The notes beneath the pieces are model-generated. The model worked only from the letters and a program-made list of their open reading frames with translations. It was not told the origin of the DNA and ran no database searches. A stretch of 64,000 bases of DNA from Octopus bimaculoides (taxonomy: Eukaryota): NCBI RefSeq assembly GCF_001194135.2, contig NC_068981.1, positions 168,382,488 through 168,446,487 on the forward strand. The letters are read 5' to 3'. Both the position numbers and the translations under genes were made by a program. This document shows, one piece after another, positions 40,608 to 52,718 of the stretch (the first letter of the stretch is position 1; each line of letters opens with the position of its first letter).

Positions 40608-41722
40608 CTAGTGACTGAATAACTGCTACTAGTCAACGGGATAGAAGTTGTTTGCTTAAAGAAAAGGAACACACTACTGAAGCGAAACGAAGTGGTTTAA
40701 ATCATGCTTGATGACAACAGCTATCTAAAGGAAGCAATGAAATAATAAAAACAATCTAATAAATTCCTAACAGACGCAAAATATAAAATAATGAGAAAAC
40801 AAAACAAAATCAAATAAGTTTTCATTTAAATTTTCTTAGTAATTCATTGATCTCTTTTAAACGACTGCCTCTCTTTCCTTATCTCTGTATCACTATCTAC
40901 CTATCATTCTCGTATATATATATAAATGTATATTCTTTTATTTCTTTTATTCTTTTATTTGTTTCAGTCATTTGACTGCGGCCATGCTGGAGCACCGCCT
41001 TTAGTCGAACAAATCCACCCCAGGACTTATTCTATCGGTTTCTTTTGGCGAACCGCTACGTTGCGGGGACGTAAACATACAAACATCGGTTGTCAAACGA
41101 TAGTTAGGGGGAGGAACAAACACAGGCAGACAGACAGACACACACACACACACACATACAAACACACACACACACAAAGCTGTTACTTCTTTGGTACTTG
41201 TGTAAATATATATATGTATGTATNNNNNNNNNNNNNNNNNNNNNNNNNNNNNNNNNNNNNNNNNNNNNNNNNNNNNNNNNNNNNNNNNNNNNNNNNNNNN
41301 NNNNNNNNNNNNNNNNNNNNNNNNNNNNNNNNNNNNNNNNNNNNNNNNNNNNNNNNNNNNNNNNNNNNNNNNNNNNNNNNNNNNNNNNNNNNNNNNNNNN
41401 NNNNNNNNNNNNNNNNNNNNNNNNNNNNNNNNNNNNNNNNNNNNNNNNNNNNNNNNNNNNNNNNNNNNNNNNNNNNNNNNNNNNNNNNNNNNNNNNNNNN
41501 NNNNNNNNNNNNNNNNNNNNNNNNNNNNNNNNNNNNNNNNNNNNNNNNNNNNNNNNNNNNNNNNNNNNNNNNNNNNNNNNNNNNNNNNNNNNNNNNNNNN
41601 NNNNNNNNNNNNNNNNNNNNATATATAAATTTAAATAATAAGGGTGAAAAATTGAATATTAATTTGATTAATATCAATTGAAAATCAGTGGCCTAGCATA
41701 TTGAAAAATCTGAAGATTCAGA

Positions 41723-41755
<33 letters not shown>

Positions 41756-41931
41756 TGTATGTATATACGACAGGCGTCTCTTCAGTTTCCATCTATCAAA
41801 TCCACTCACAAGGCTTTGGTCGGTCTGAGGCTATAGTAGAAGACACTTGCCTAAGGTGTCACACAGTGGGACTGACCCTGGAACCATGTGTGCTTGGTGA
41901 GCAAGCCACTTACCACACAACCACTCCTGCG

Positions 41932-41972
<41 letters not shown>

Positions 41973-42080
41973 ATATATATATATGTCATCATCATCGTCA
42001 TCATCATCATCGTTTAACGTCCGCTTTCCATGCTAGCATGGGTTGGACGATTTGACTGAGGACTGGTGAACCAGATGGCT

Positions 42081-42116
<36 letters not shown>

Positions 42117-42219
42117 GGAGAAAGAGAGACAAATTGATACATACATACATACATAATATATACATTTTTATATAAGTGTACGTGTCTGTGCACACACACA
42201 TACATACACACACACACAC

Positions 42220-42266
<47 letters not shown>

Positions 42267-42546
42267 CATGCTCATATATATACATACACACATATATAAG
42301 CAGGAACTCTTTCACAAACATTCACATCCACAAATGTTTATACACACATGCATATATATATCCACAAGCTAAAACCACAAGTATCTTTTTATTCTCTCTG
42401 TTTATTTCCATGCGTTCCTTTCTGTTGAAGTGCATAGGCTTGAAACGTAAAAGACTTCCTCACCTTTCCAAGCGCCAAACTAATACACCTGCTTGTTGTT
42501 TATACACCTGTCTTTATCTTTTGCTTTTCTGTAAATTTCAACTATT

Positions 42547-42593
<47 letters not shown>

Positions 42594-45500
42594 ATACACA
42601 CACACATACATATATTCACACACACAAACATACATACATACATACATATATGCATGTGCGCACACACTTCATTTCTTCCATATCACTACTCAAATGACAA
42701 CAATTTTTATTTAGACTTTAACAGCTCAACACCACCCCATGCAATTTTTTGTTTTCTCTATAAACTCAAAAACAAACCAGTTGGTTATTCCAATCATCAT
42801 TCCACCCTGTCAGTCTTAGTAACTATCTGCTTAGCTTCTTTCGACTTTATTTTGTTCCAGTTACCATTTCTTGTCACACTTCTACTCAGTGGCAGCTTAA
42901 CTCTTTAGTATTTTAAACCAGCTGTATCCAGCCCAGACAATCCACCCGCTTTATGTTCAAACTGGGCTGGTCTGACCTTTTATACATCCCTTACAATGTC
43001 ATTCAAAAATTATACAATCACATCATTTAAATCTTGAAATTATACAAGATAATGCATGATTAATTCAAAACACTGTGAATTAATTAAATATTAGGCGCAG
43101 GAGTGGCTGTGTGGTAAGTAGCTTGCTTACCAACCACATGGTTCTGGGTTCAATGCTACTGCGTGGCACCTTGGGCAAGTGTCTTCTACTATAGCCTTGG
43201 GCTGACCAAAGCCTTGTGAGTGGATGAAAGGCAAAGTCGGCCTTGGCGGAATTTGAAGTCAGAATGTAACGTCATGAAATACCACTAAACATTTCGCCCA
43301 GCGTGCTAATGTTTCTGCCAGCTCACCGCCTTCAATACATTCTGTATTCAATACATTCTGCACCCAATACATTCTGTAAAGTGGTTGGCATAAGGAAGGG
43401 TATCAAATCATAGAAACCATACCAAATCAGATTGGTGCAACCCTCTGGCTTACTAGCTCTGGTCAAACTGTCAAACCCATGCCAACCTGGAAAATGGACG
43501 TTAAATGATGATGATGATGATGATGATGATGAATGATGATGTTACCTTATCTGGGATCAATTCCTGCTGAGGTCAACTTTGCCTTTCATCCTTCCAGGGG
43601 TCAATAAAAAAAGTGTCAATCCAGGTTAATGGACTGGCAGAACTGTAACATTGTCAGAGTGGATGGATACCTTGTGGTATTTGTTCCCCCTCTTCATGTT
43701 CTGATTTCAGATTCTGCTGTAGATTAGATGTGTGGTAGACTTTTGAGAAGTGTGGAACCACTTCTTAACAACTATTGTTCCTAGGTCTACTCTGACCTGG
43801 AGTAGTAACCCTTGTCAAGGTCCCAGCAATGGGTTAATTAACACATAAGGGCTTTCTTAATTATTCATGTGAAGACTCGATCTGGCGGACTCTGTGGAAG
43901 AAGGTTTCATGGTTCGAGGGAGAAAAAGGTGGTTGCAGTTATGCATTGTAGGGTGCAGAGAGCAAGGTGAGGCAAGTAAGTCATCTTGGTCATCCATCTC
44001 CATCCATCTCCATCCCTTGTCATCTTGACCTGGTCTTGCCACTATACTGAAGATGGTCTTTGATGAGAGAGCGAGGATCACAGTGCACAACTCTTCTTTA
44101 AACAAAGCCACCACACAAGTCATTAGGCATTCTTAAAGACAACTAGATTGATTTCATTGCTCCAGTGGAGGAACATGATGATGGTAGATTTAGTCAGTCA
44201 CCTCATATAATACGATTACTATGGGTGCCTCTTGCAGAATCTACACTATTGTAAGCATTTAGGCTAGATCACTTGTTTGAGGATATATTCCTTCTTCCCT
44301 CCTAACCAGTTCTGGAGATCCTGTAAAGGACCATGGATACTCACTTCCTTCCTGACTTCATCATCATCACCATTTACTGTCCATATTCAATGCTGGCACG
44401 GGTTGGGTAATTTGACAGGATCCAAGCCCCAATGTTTACTTTGGTATGGTTTTTGAAGCTGGATACCCTTCCTAATGCCAACCACTTTACTGCATGGACT
44501 GGATGCTTTATTATTATTATTATTATTATTATTTTGTGCTACCTGCATTATTGAGGTCACCATGCAGTTTGCAGGACTATGAGTCTGGAGGGAGGTGATG
44601 GAGCAGCATCATGCTGGGAGATGAGAGGATTACTGTGAGATATGGAGAGACAGAGAGATGGGTGTAGCCATGCAGAGGGGGATGCATGGCTGCTCACATC
44701 TAGGAGAAATGGGTGTGGGGAGAAAAAAAAGAAAATTATCTGTTGGAGGTGTAAGATGTAGATAATAGTTATAAGGTGCTCAGCTAACTTCAACATGAAA
44801 ATATCCAGGCATTATCAGACATCATTACAATGTCTAACATTTTCATTTTAATTACCTATTCTTTCTTCATGATCACCATACACCGTGTTGCTGAACAACA
44901 TGATGTACTCCATCTATATACACTCAGAAGCATCCTCATAAACTCACACATAAATATTACCTATAAAAATAACATTTATACCTAATTTCTCAAAAATTTA
45001 CTCCATCACCTATAAATATCATCTCCTTTTCTCAGAGGAAACTTGAGAGAGTCTCTTACATATATATATATATCACTACCTGCCCTTACATCTCTTGGAT
45101 TTTCTGTAACCTTTCTTTCCCTTGCTGCATCCACCTGTTGTTTCCTCTGCTCCCCTCTCACTCTCTATCCTCTCTACTACAAGAGACATTTACATTCTAC
45201 TCTTCCCTTCCTACTACATTTCTCCTACCCTATAGTGAATTCTTCCTGCCCCTCACCCTCTGCCTTCTTTTCTTTCACTACCCTTTCTCCACAGTATCTC
45301 TGCCTCCGCAACACTCTTACACATCTTTACCCTTCTGGCCTACCCCAGAAACCCCACACCTCTCTTTCCATCAATGACTCTCTCAGGATTCCTATCTACC
45401 ATAGTCTACGGTTACTTTTATGTACCCTTTTCCTCACCTTTTGTCTGTATTCACCCCTTATAATGTTGGATAGTTCAAGAAAGGCCCTTTACACAATCCA

Positions 45501-45724
45501 TCTTTCTGCTTTTTTGTTCTGAACCTTGACACTAATCTATTCCTTCTCTCCCTACCTTACTGTCACATCTTTTATTTATCATCTTTTTGCTTAGTATGGT
45601 TACTCTCTCTTCTATTCCCCATCAGTTACAGGGGCCACTTTAGGGTCTTAGCCATGCAAGTTTCAAGGCAATCATCACTTTCACTGATGCTATGAAAAAT
45701 GTACTCTATATACTCATTAAAATC

Positions 45725-45789
<65 letters not shown>

Positions 45790-46123
45790 CGTGTGTGTGT
45801 GTTTTTATTCTTTTACTTGTTTCAGTCATTTGACTGTTGCCATGCTGAAGCACCACCCTGAAGTGCTTTTGTCAAACAATTCAACCCCAGAAATTATTTT
45901 TAAGCCTGGTACTTACTGTATCTGAACCACTAAGCCACAGGGACATAGACACACCAACACCAGTTGTCAAGCAATGATGGTTGGTGGACAAATATATGCA
46001 CACACACACATATATACGACTGGTTTCTTTCAGTCTCTGTCTACCAAATCCATTCACAAGGCTTTGGTTGGCCTGATGTTATTGTAGAAGACACTTGCCC
46101 AAGGCGCCATGCAGTGGGACTGA

Positions 46124-46831
46124 CAACATTCTTGTGTAGCATCCATCTACCATCTGAGTGTGTTTCTTGGTCAGTGTCCAAGTCTCAGACCTGTACAACA
46201 GCACAGACTCCACTGCAGCAATGAAGAGACAGATCTTCAGGACTTTATGAAGGTCCGACTTCCATACAAATCTCAAACTGTGGCATGCCACCCAGGCTTT
46301 GCTCTTCCTCTCAACTGTATCACCCTCTGTATTCCCAATCTTTGCTCCCAGATACAGGAAGTCCTCAACTAACTCTAGTGGCTTCCCACCTACATTCATA
46401 ATCTTCTCCGGCTTCTCTACCAGATACTTTGCCTTAATCTCATTCATTTTCAGCCCCACAGTCTCCACCTCCTGCATCAACTTCTCTGCCTCCTTCACTG
46501 TGTTTGTCACTAGAACTATCATCATCATCATCATCATCGTTTAACGTCCGCTTTCCATGCTAGCATGGGTTGGACGATTTGACTGAGGACTGGTGAAACA
46601 CCAGGCTCCAGTCTGATTTGGCAGAGTTTCTACAGCTGGATGCCCTTCCTAACGCCAACCACTCATCAGCAAATTCAGCATCTGATATCTTTTTAACCAA
46701 AAGTTAGCTCGAAAATAACATAGAGGAGACTGAGGTTAGCTGGACATGCTCACCATCATTCAGAGTTGATACTGCACTCAGTGCTCCAGTGGGAGTCACT
46801 ACATGGACATGCTAGAAGAGGGAGACCAAGG
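46124..46831. mobile_element. RTE-like LINE with a 5'-inverted segment (46124-46688 minus, 46697-46831 plus)
   Basis: Minus: ISDAEFAD[insert]IVLVTNT...FLYLG...VLLYRSETW...DGCYTRML. Plus: PKVSSKIT*RRLRLAGH...HGHARRGRPR. Confidence 0.85.
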
Positions 46832-47756
46832 NNNNNNNNNNNNNNNNNNNNNNNNNNNNNNNNNNNNNNNNNNNNNNNNNNNNNNNNNNNNNNNNNNNNN
46901 NNNNNNNNNNNNNNNNNNNNNNNNNNNNNNNNNNNNNNNNNNNNNNNNNNNNNNNNNNNNNNNNNNNNNNNNNNNNNNNNNNNNNNNNNNNNNNNNNNNN
47001 NNNNNNNNNNNNNNNNNNNNNNNNNNNNNNNNNNNNNNNNNNNNNNNNNNNNNNNNNNNNNNNNNNNNNNNNNNNNNNNNNNNNNNNNNNNNNNNNNNNN
47101 NNNNNNNNNNNNNNNNNNNNNNNNNNNNNNNNNNNNNNNNNNNNNNNNNNNNNNNNNNNNNNNNNNNNNNNNNNNNNNNNNNNNNNNNNNNNNNNNNNNN
47201 NNNNNNNNNNNNNNNNNNNNNNNNNNNNNNNNNNNNNNNNNNNNNNNNNNNNNNNNNNNNNNNNNNNNNNNNNNNNNNNNNNNNNNNNNNNNNNNNNNNN
47301 NNNNNNNNNNNNNNNNNNNNNNNNNNNNNNNNNNNNNNNNNNNNNNNNNNNNNNNNNNNNNNNNNNNNNNNNNNNNNNNNNNNNNNNNNNNNNNNNNNNN
47401 NNNNNNNNNNTATATATATAAATATATAATTATATATATATAAATATATGTGTGTGTGTGTATGTGTGTGTGTGTGTTCTTATCTTAATGTAGTAAGGTA
47501 GTTGTAAATGAATATCACTGTCATACAAGCAGTGTCGGTGCCATTTCCAACATTCTAGAAAAATATATCTGGCCATGGGGAAATATTGCCTTGCTTTAGG
47601 GAATATATATATTGCAAGTTTCAAGGCAATCATCACTTTTGCTGATGCTATGAAAAATGTACCTAGCCATAGACACTGGAGTATGATGCAGTCGTCTGAC
47701 TCATCAAACCCTATAAAACCATCCAACTTATGTTAGCATGGTGGCTGGACATTAAC

Positions 47757-47787
<31 letters not shown>

Positions 47788-47895
47788 GATGATGAGGAAG
47801 ATGATTTTTTTACCTATGCAATTTTATGTCCACAGGATAAAATGTTTGCCCTTTTGCTTTGGCATGATAAGAAAATCTATTAGTGCAGTAGAACC

Positions 47896-48151
47896 AGCCA
47901 TTGCTCTTGAGCCATCGCCCTTGAGCCATCGCTCTTGAGCCATCGCCCTTGAGCCATCGCTCTTGAGCCGTCGCTCTTGAGCCGTCGCTCTTGAGCCGTC
48001 GCTCTTGAGCCGTCGCTCTTGAGCCGTCGCTCTTGAGCCGTCGCTCTTGAGCCGTCGCTCTTGAGCCGTCGCTCTTGAGCCGTCGCTCTTGAGCCGTCGC
48101 TCTTGAGCCGTCGCTCTTGAGCCGTCGCTCTTGAGCCGTCGCTCTTGAGCC
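47896..48151. repeat. 14-bp minisatellite (AGCCGTCGCTCTTG) x ~18
   Basis: Directly visible; left-hand units are divergent and right-hand units are identical. Confidence 0.95.
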
Positions 48152-48369
48152 AGTCTTCAGTCAAATCGTCTAACCCATGCTATAATGAAAAGTGGATGTT
48201 AAACGATGATGATGATGATGATGTTTAATATATTACTGTGAGTACTCGAGTTTTAGAATAGGCATACCATGTCTGTCATATGAAGCAACTAAAATGGGTG
48301 ACCACAGGAAGGCATCCAGTTGTAAAACACTATCTCAGAATTATTCCAGCATAGAGAAGTGGATGTGAA

Positions 48370-48822
48370 ACATTGATGATGATGACAATGTTGATGACAT
48401 CAATGTTGATGATGACTGTGAGAAAGATGATGAAGACAATGATAATGATGATAATGAAGATGATGTCTGTGATGATGACAATGATGACAATGATGATGAT
48501 GGCAATGATGACTGTGATAATGAAGATGATTTTAACAGCAATGATGGCTGTGATTACCCCTATGACCATGATGATGTTAATGACAATGATGACTGTTGAT
48601 GATGAAGATGATGATGACCAATGACTGATGATGATGATGGAGATGATTACGAAAACGAGGATGAGGATGATGATGATGATGACGGCAACAATGATGACAA
48701 TGACAACAACAATGATGATGACAGCGACAATGATGATGACAATGACTATGATGATGACAACAATGATGACGACAACATTCATGATGACAACAATGATGAC
48801 GACAACAATGACGATGACGATT
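48370..48822. repeat. Compound GAT/GAC/AAT/AAC trinucleotide low-complexity tract
   Basis: Directly visible; it follows an RTE-type tail. Confidence 0.9.
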
Positions 48823-49467
48823 GAATATCAAATATTTACATTAAATAAATCACAGCAGTTAATTCAAGCAATTCTTACAGCTATTTCATCTTTGTAAAAA
48901 CCATATTCTTTCTTTATTACAATAGTATCATTTTTTAACAGATTTAATTGAATAATATTGATTTTTTTTTAAACATTAATACAAGACAATGAGAAAATAG
49001 TAAGAAAAATGTATAGACAATAAAATCGACCCTGCAACTTGATCATTTTTCTGGTTCTGCAAATTACCTCTCCACACATTTAACAAACAGCACTAATAGT
49101 TTCCATTATAGGCACAAGATTTGTATATTTTGGTGGAAAGAACAGTTAAGATTGTACCACAGTACTTGACTGGTACTTATTATTATCAACTCTGTTTTTC
49201 GTTCCTTCTAGGAGCAATAAAATAAGATAACTATATATGAACTTTTTTATTGAAAGAAGAAAATTAACCATTTGCTGAAGAAAATTAACCATTTAGCATT
49301 TAAACTGGCCATATCTAGCCCAAAATACTCTACCTGTTTTATGTTCAAGTTGGCTAGATCTGACCTCTTACACTTACCCTACAATGTCATTCTCAAAATA
49401 AACAATCACATCATTGAAATTTCATAGCTATGGAATAATGCATAATTAATTCAAAACAATGTGAATA

Positions 49468-50305
49468 TGAGATGGTATCAAAAAGTTCCTAGACTAGTTC
49501 TGTAGCACACCAACAGATGGCAGTACATAATTGTATGCACAGTGAGAGCTAGCAGTGACCTTCATGAGGCAGTGTGCCAAGTGAAATCACCGTGTTTACT
49601 TCGCAAGTTGTGACATTTGTGTTTTTGTAATCATGTGTATGCTGTAGTCTGTGATTTGGTCATGAACAGGAACAATGAGCCAACATGAAATTTTGTTTCA
49701 AATATGGGAAGTCTGCTACAGAGACATTGAGCATGCTTCAGCCAGCTTACAGCGATGTGGCAATGGGTCATACACAATCTTTCAAGTGGCATAAGCCCTT
49801 CAAAAGTGGATGAACGTTTATGGATAACAATGAGTGATCTGGAAGAATTGCCACAAGTGTCACTCCTGGAAATGTGGTACTGTACATCAAGAATTTGTCC
49901 TCTGTGTCCAGACTGTCAATGAGAGTTCTACTGCAGTGTTTTGAAACATTTGAGGGAAGACATTTGGGGAAAGGAACTGGATCTGTAGAGCATGAAGAAT
50001 TGGATTCTTTAACAAGCTCTTCTCACTTGTGAGTTTCTTACCAAAAACAATATGGTGTCACTTCCACACCCACCCTGTAACCAGATTTAGTACCTGCAGA
50101 CTTCCATCTCTTCCCTAAGTTGAAAATGCAGCTCAGAGGCCATTGTTTTAATTCCATTGTTGAGATCCAGAGCAAATTGCAGAAGGTTCTCGATTCACTT
50201 ACAGAAAATGACTTTCAGGTTGGATTCCAAAAGTGGCAGGAAAGGTGGAATTGGTGTATTGCTGTGCAGGGTGACTATTTTGAAGGAGATGATGTTAAAA
50301 TCTAG
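49468..50305 (+). mobile_element. Mariner relic inserted at TA inside a piggyBac-like MITE
   Basis: MKFCFKYGKSATETLSMLQPAY...FKWH..FKSG, and ADFHLFPKLKMQLRG...ERWNWCIAVQGDYFEGD. The host MITE stops at gaaTA (49467). Confidence 0.85.
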
Positions 50306-50467
50306 ATGCAGGAGTGGCTGTGTGGTAAGTAGCTTGCTTACCAACCTCATGGTTCTAGGTTCAGTTCCACTGTGTAGCACCTTGGGCAAGTGTCTTCTAC
50401 TATAACCTCGGGCTGACCAAAGCCTTGTGAGTGGATTTGGTAGACAGAAACTGAAAGAAGACCATCG

Positions 50468-50509
<42 letters not shown>

Positions 50510-50560
50510 TGTGTGTCTGTGTGTCTGTGTTAGTCCCCCCATCATTGCTTGACAACCAAG
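50305..50560 (+). mobile_element. tRNA-derived SINE family A (GCAGGAGTGGCTGTGTGGT...GGTTCAGTYCC...CCTTGGGCAAGTG, internal TA/TG microsatellite), representative
   Basis: A/B-box-like head. Other copies at about 5640-5790(-), 14875-15015, 15535-15685(-), 29630-29790(-), 31060-31240, 32180-32330(-), 33450-33600(-), 41765-41935(-), 43093-43225 and 61490-61650(-). The 3' half occurs at 40945-41175(-), 45800-46000(-) and 61075-61270(-). Not mapped to a published family name. Confidence 0.85.
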
Positions 50561-52020
50561 GTGTGAATTAAAAGAGAAAGTCTCAGGTGTTACTTGTCAT
50601 GATTCTTTTTGATCTTTATAACTGGTTGCTTGTAATTTAAGGTGGCAAACTTCAAAGATTATCAAGCAGTATATTTGTTTGTGGGCTCAAACTACAAAAT
50701 TACTGAGTTGTACTTTTGATCATGAATCAGGGAATCAAAGAAATTGGATTTATATGTCAAGATCAATAAACTCAAGGAATTGATTTGTGATGCTACCTCG
50801 CTAACAAACAGGTTATGATAACTTTGGCCACAGGAGTGAAGGAATTTTTATGCCAACATTTATTGCATTTCTTGTGGGTGTGAGCCATCTGATAACATGT
50901 CAGGACTCTGGACCAAGAGTTGCATCAGCTTGGCAACATATTGTGCTGATATTTCATATAACTTTTTATGCAGAGTAAATGTCTATCTGATTATTATTTT
51001 GTGTTATTCTGCATTTATTTTCATTGGCTATCAGAAAATATACACTACTCAGTGCTCAAGCTATTAAATTTTGAAACCTAATATTGGTAATAAAATATAC
51101 TTTGAAAGTCTTTTAAAATATGAGATTGTTGACAGGGTTCTAAATACAAGTGACCCAAATTTTTTTTTTTAAATCATGTGTTCAATTATATATTCAGCAT
51201 GGTTATTAATTCTTTATCAGAAAAATTTGAACCAAAACAAAGTTTCAGTAACCTATCTGGATTTCTATATAACATTAAAAAAATTTGCCAGATAAAAATA
51301 AACTGAGATTATTATTAGTGTGTCAAGGTTTGGAGGATAGATTCAGATACTATGAGGATAGAGATATAATGGACATATTCTCTTGACTAAACTAAATTTT
51401 GCATAACAGTTATTTCCAGGAGCTGTAACATTTCCAACAGAAACCATTACATTCATCAACAGAAATAAGTAACAGGATGTCATTCACGATGTGTGGGTTG
51501 CATTAAGAGTAATACTTACAATAACAACTGTAGCCTTGAGAGGGAGAGTAAACTAAAATTTATATATATTTATGGATATCCATGTCATAAAACAGATTAA
51601 ATTCTTTGGCAATTTTGTCAATAGAAAATGTTATCATAGAAATGATAGGTGTATAAGTGCTATGAAAACATTTGCAAATCTAAATTTTTTTTTTTAAATG
51701 TCTTAATAAAGATAATATATATTTTCATCATTCATTCTTTTGTTCATATTCTTTAACTTATTTCTAGAAAATTCATTATCTCTACAGGAAATCAACTGCA
51801 TCCTTCAGATTTACCCTCAACCACTCATTTTCCATTTACTGTTTGTAACAAAAATGTGTCAGGGATCATTGCCAGTAATGTAGATATGGTCTTCCTACCC
51901 TCTCTCTTTCTTTCTCCTAGTTACATTGCTGAAAGGTTTCAAGACTTATGTTGTGTTTGAACAGTTCACCCTACCTTGTATATTGTAATAAACACTGTTC
52001 CTACATATATATATATATAT

Positions 52021-52718
52021 ATCATAAATATACAGGGATTAGCATTGAGTTGCTTCTCCAACATACTGAAAATCTAGAAATAGCAGTCAAAGAACTACTG
52101 ATTCTAAACTACAAATTTTTCTCTAAATGGATGGCGATATTTATGGCACACATAGAACAAAAAAACCAGAGTGAAAAGCAAAAACAAACCTGCCTTTAGT
52201 TAATTGGATACGAACGTTTCGCGGTTAAGATATAAATCTATTCCGACTCATCAGCCCAATATTCTGATNNNNNNNNNNNNNNNNNNNNNNNNNNNNNNNN
52301 NNNNNNNNNNNNNNNNNNNNNNNNNNNNNNNNNNNNNNNNNNNNNNNNNNNNNNNNNNNNNNNNNNNNNNNNNNNNNNNNNNNNNNNNNNNNNNNNNNNN
52401 NNNNNNNNNNNNNNNNNNNNNNNNNNNNNNNNNNNNNNNNNNNNNNNNNNNNNNNNNNNNNNNNNNNNNNNNNNNNNNNNNNNNNNNNNNNNNNNNNNNN
52501 NNNNNTATATCTTAACCGCAAAACGTTCGTATCCAATTAACTAAAGGCAGGTTTGTTTTTGCTTTTCACTCTGGTTTTTTGTTCTATGTGTGCCATAAAT
52601 ATCGCCATCCATTTAGAGAAAAATTTGTAGTTTAGAATCAGTAGTTCTTTGACTGCTATTTCTAGATTTTCAGTATGTTGGAGAAGCAACTCAATGCTAA
52701 TCCCTGTATATTTATGAT
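52021..52718. mobile_element. Inverted repeat pair across an N gap, probably Penelope-like terminal repeats
   Basis: 52021-52234 is the reverse complement of 52506-52718 except one substitution and one homopolymer indel. It contains the hammerhead motif. Confidence 0.55.
52203..52260 (-). ncRNA. Minimal type I hammerhead ribozyme motif (Penelope-like)
   Basis: Minus strand reads attggg-CTGATGA-gtcgg...agat-ttat-atct...ccgc-GAAA-cgttc-GTA-tccaat. Helix I is 6 bp, the core is intact, the triplet is GUA and the helix III region is palindromic (AACGTT). Confidence 0.7.

Noticed and set aside
45655-45712. GTGATGA...GAAAC on the minus strand, duplicated at about 47614-47670
   Set aside because: No helix II or helix I pairing; treated as a small unclassified repeat, not a hammerhead.
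47880-48164. ORF with repeated RLKSDGSRATAQER
   Set aside because: Translation of a 14-bp minisatellite; not a CRISPR array because there are no unique spacers.
48330-48897. Poly-D/M/I/H ORFs in all frames
   Set aside because: Translation of a trinucleotide low-complexity tract; no splice context or homology.
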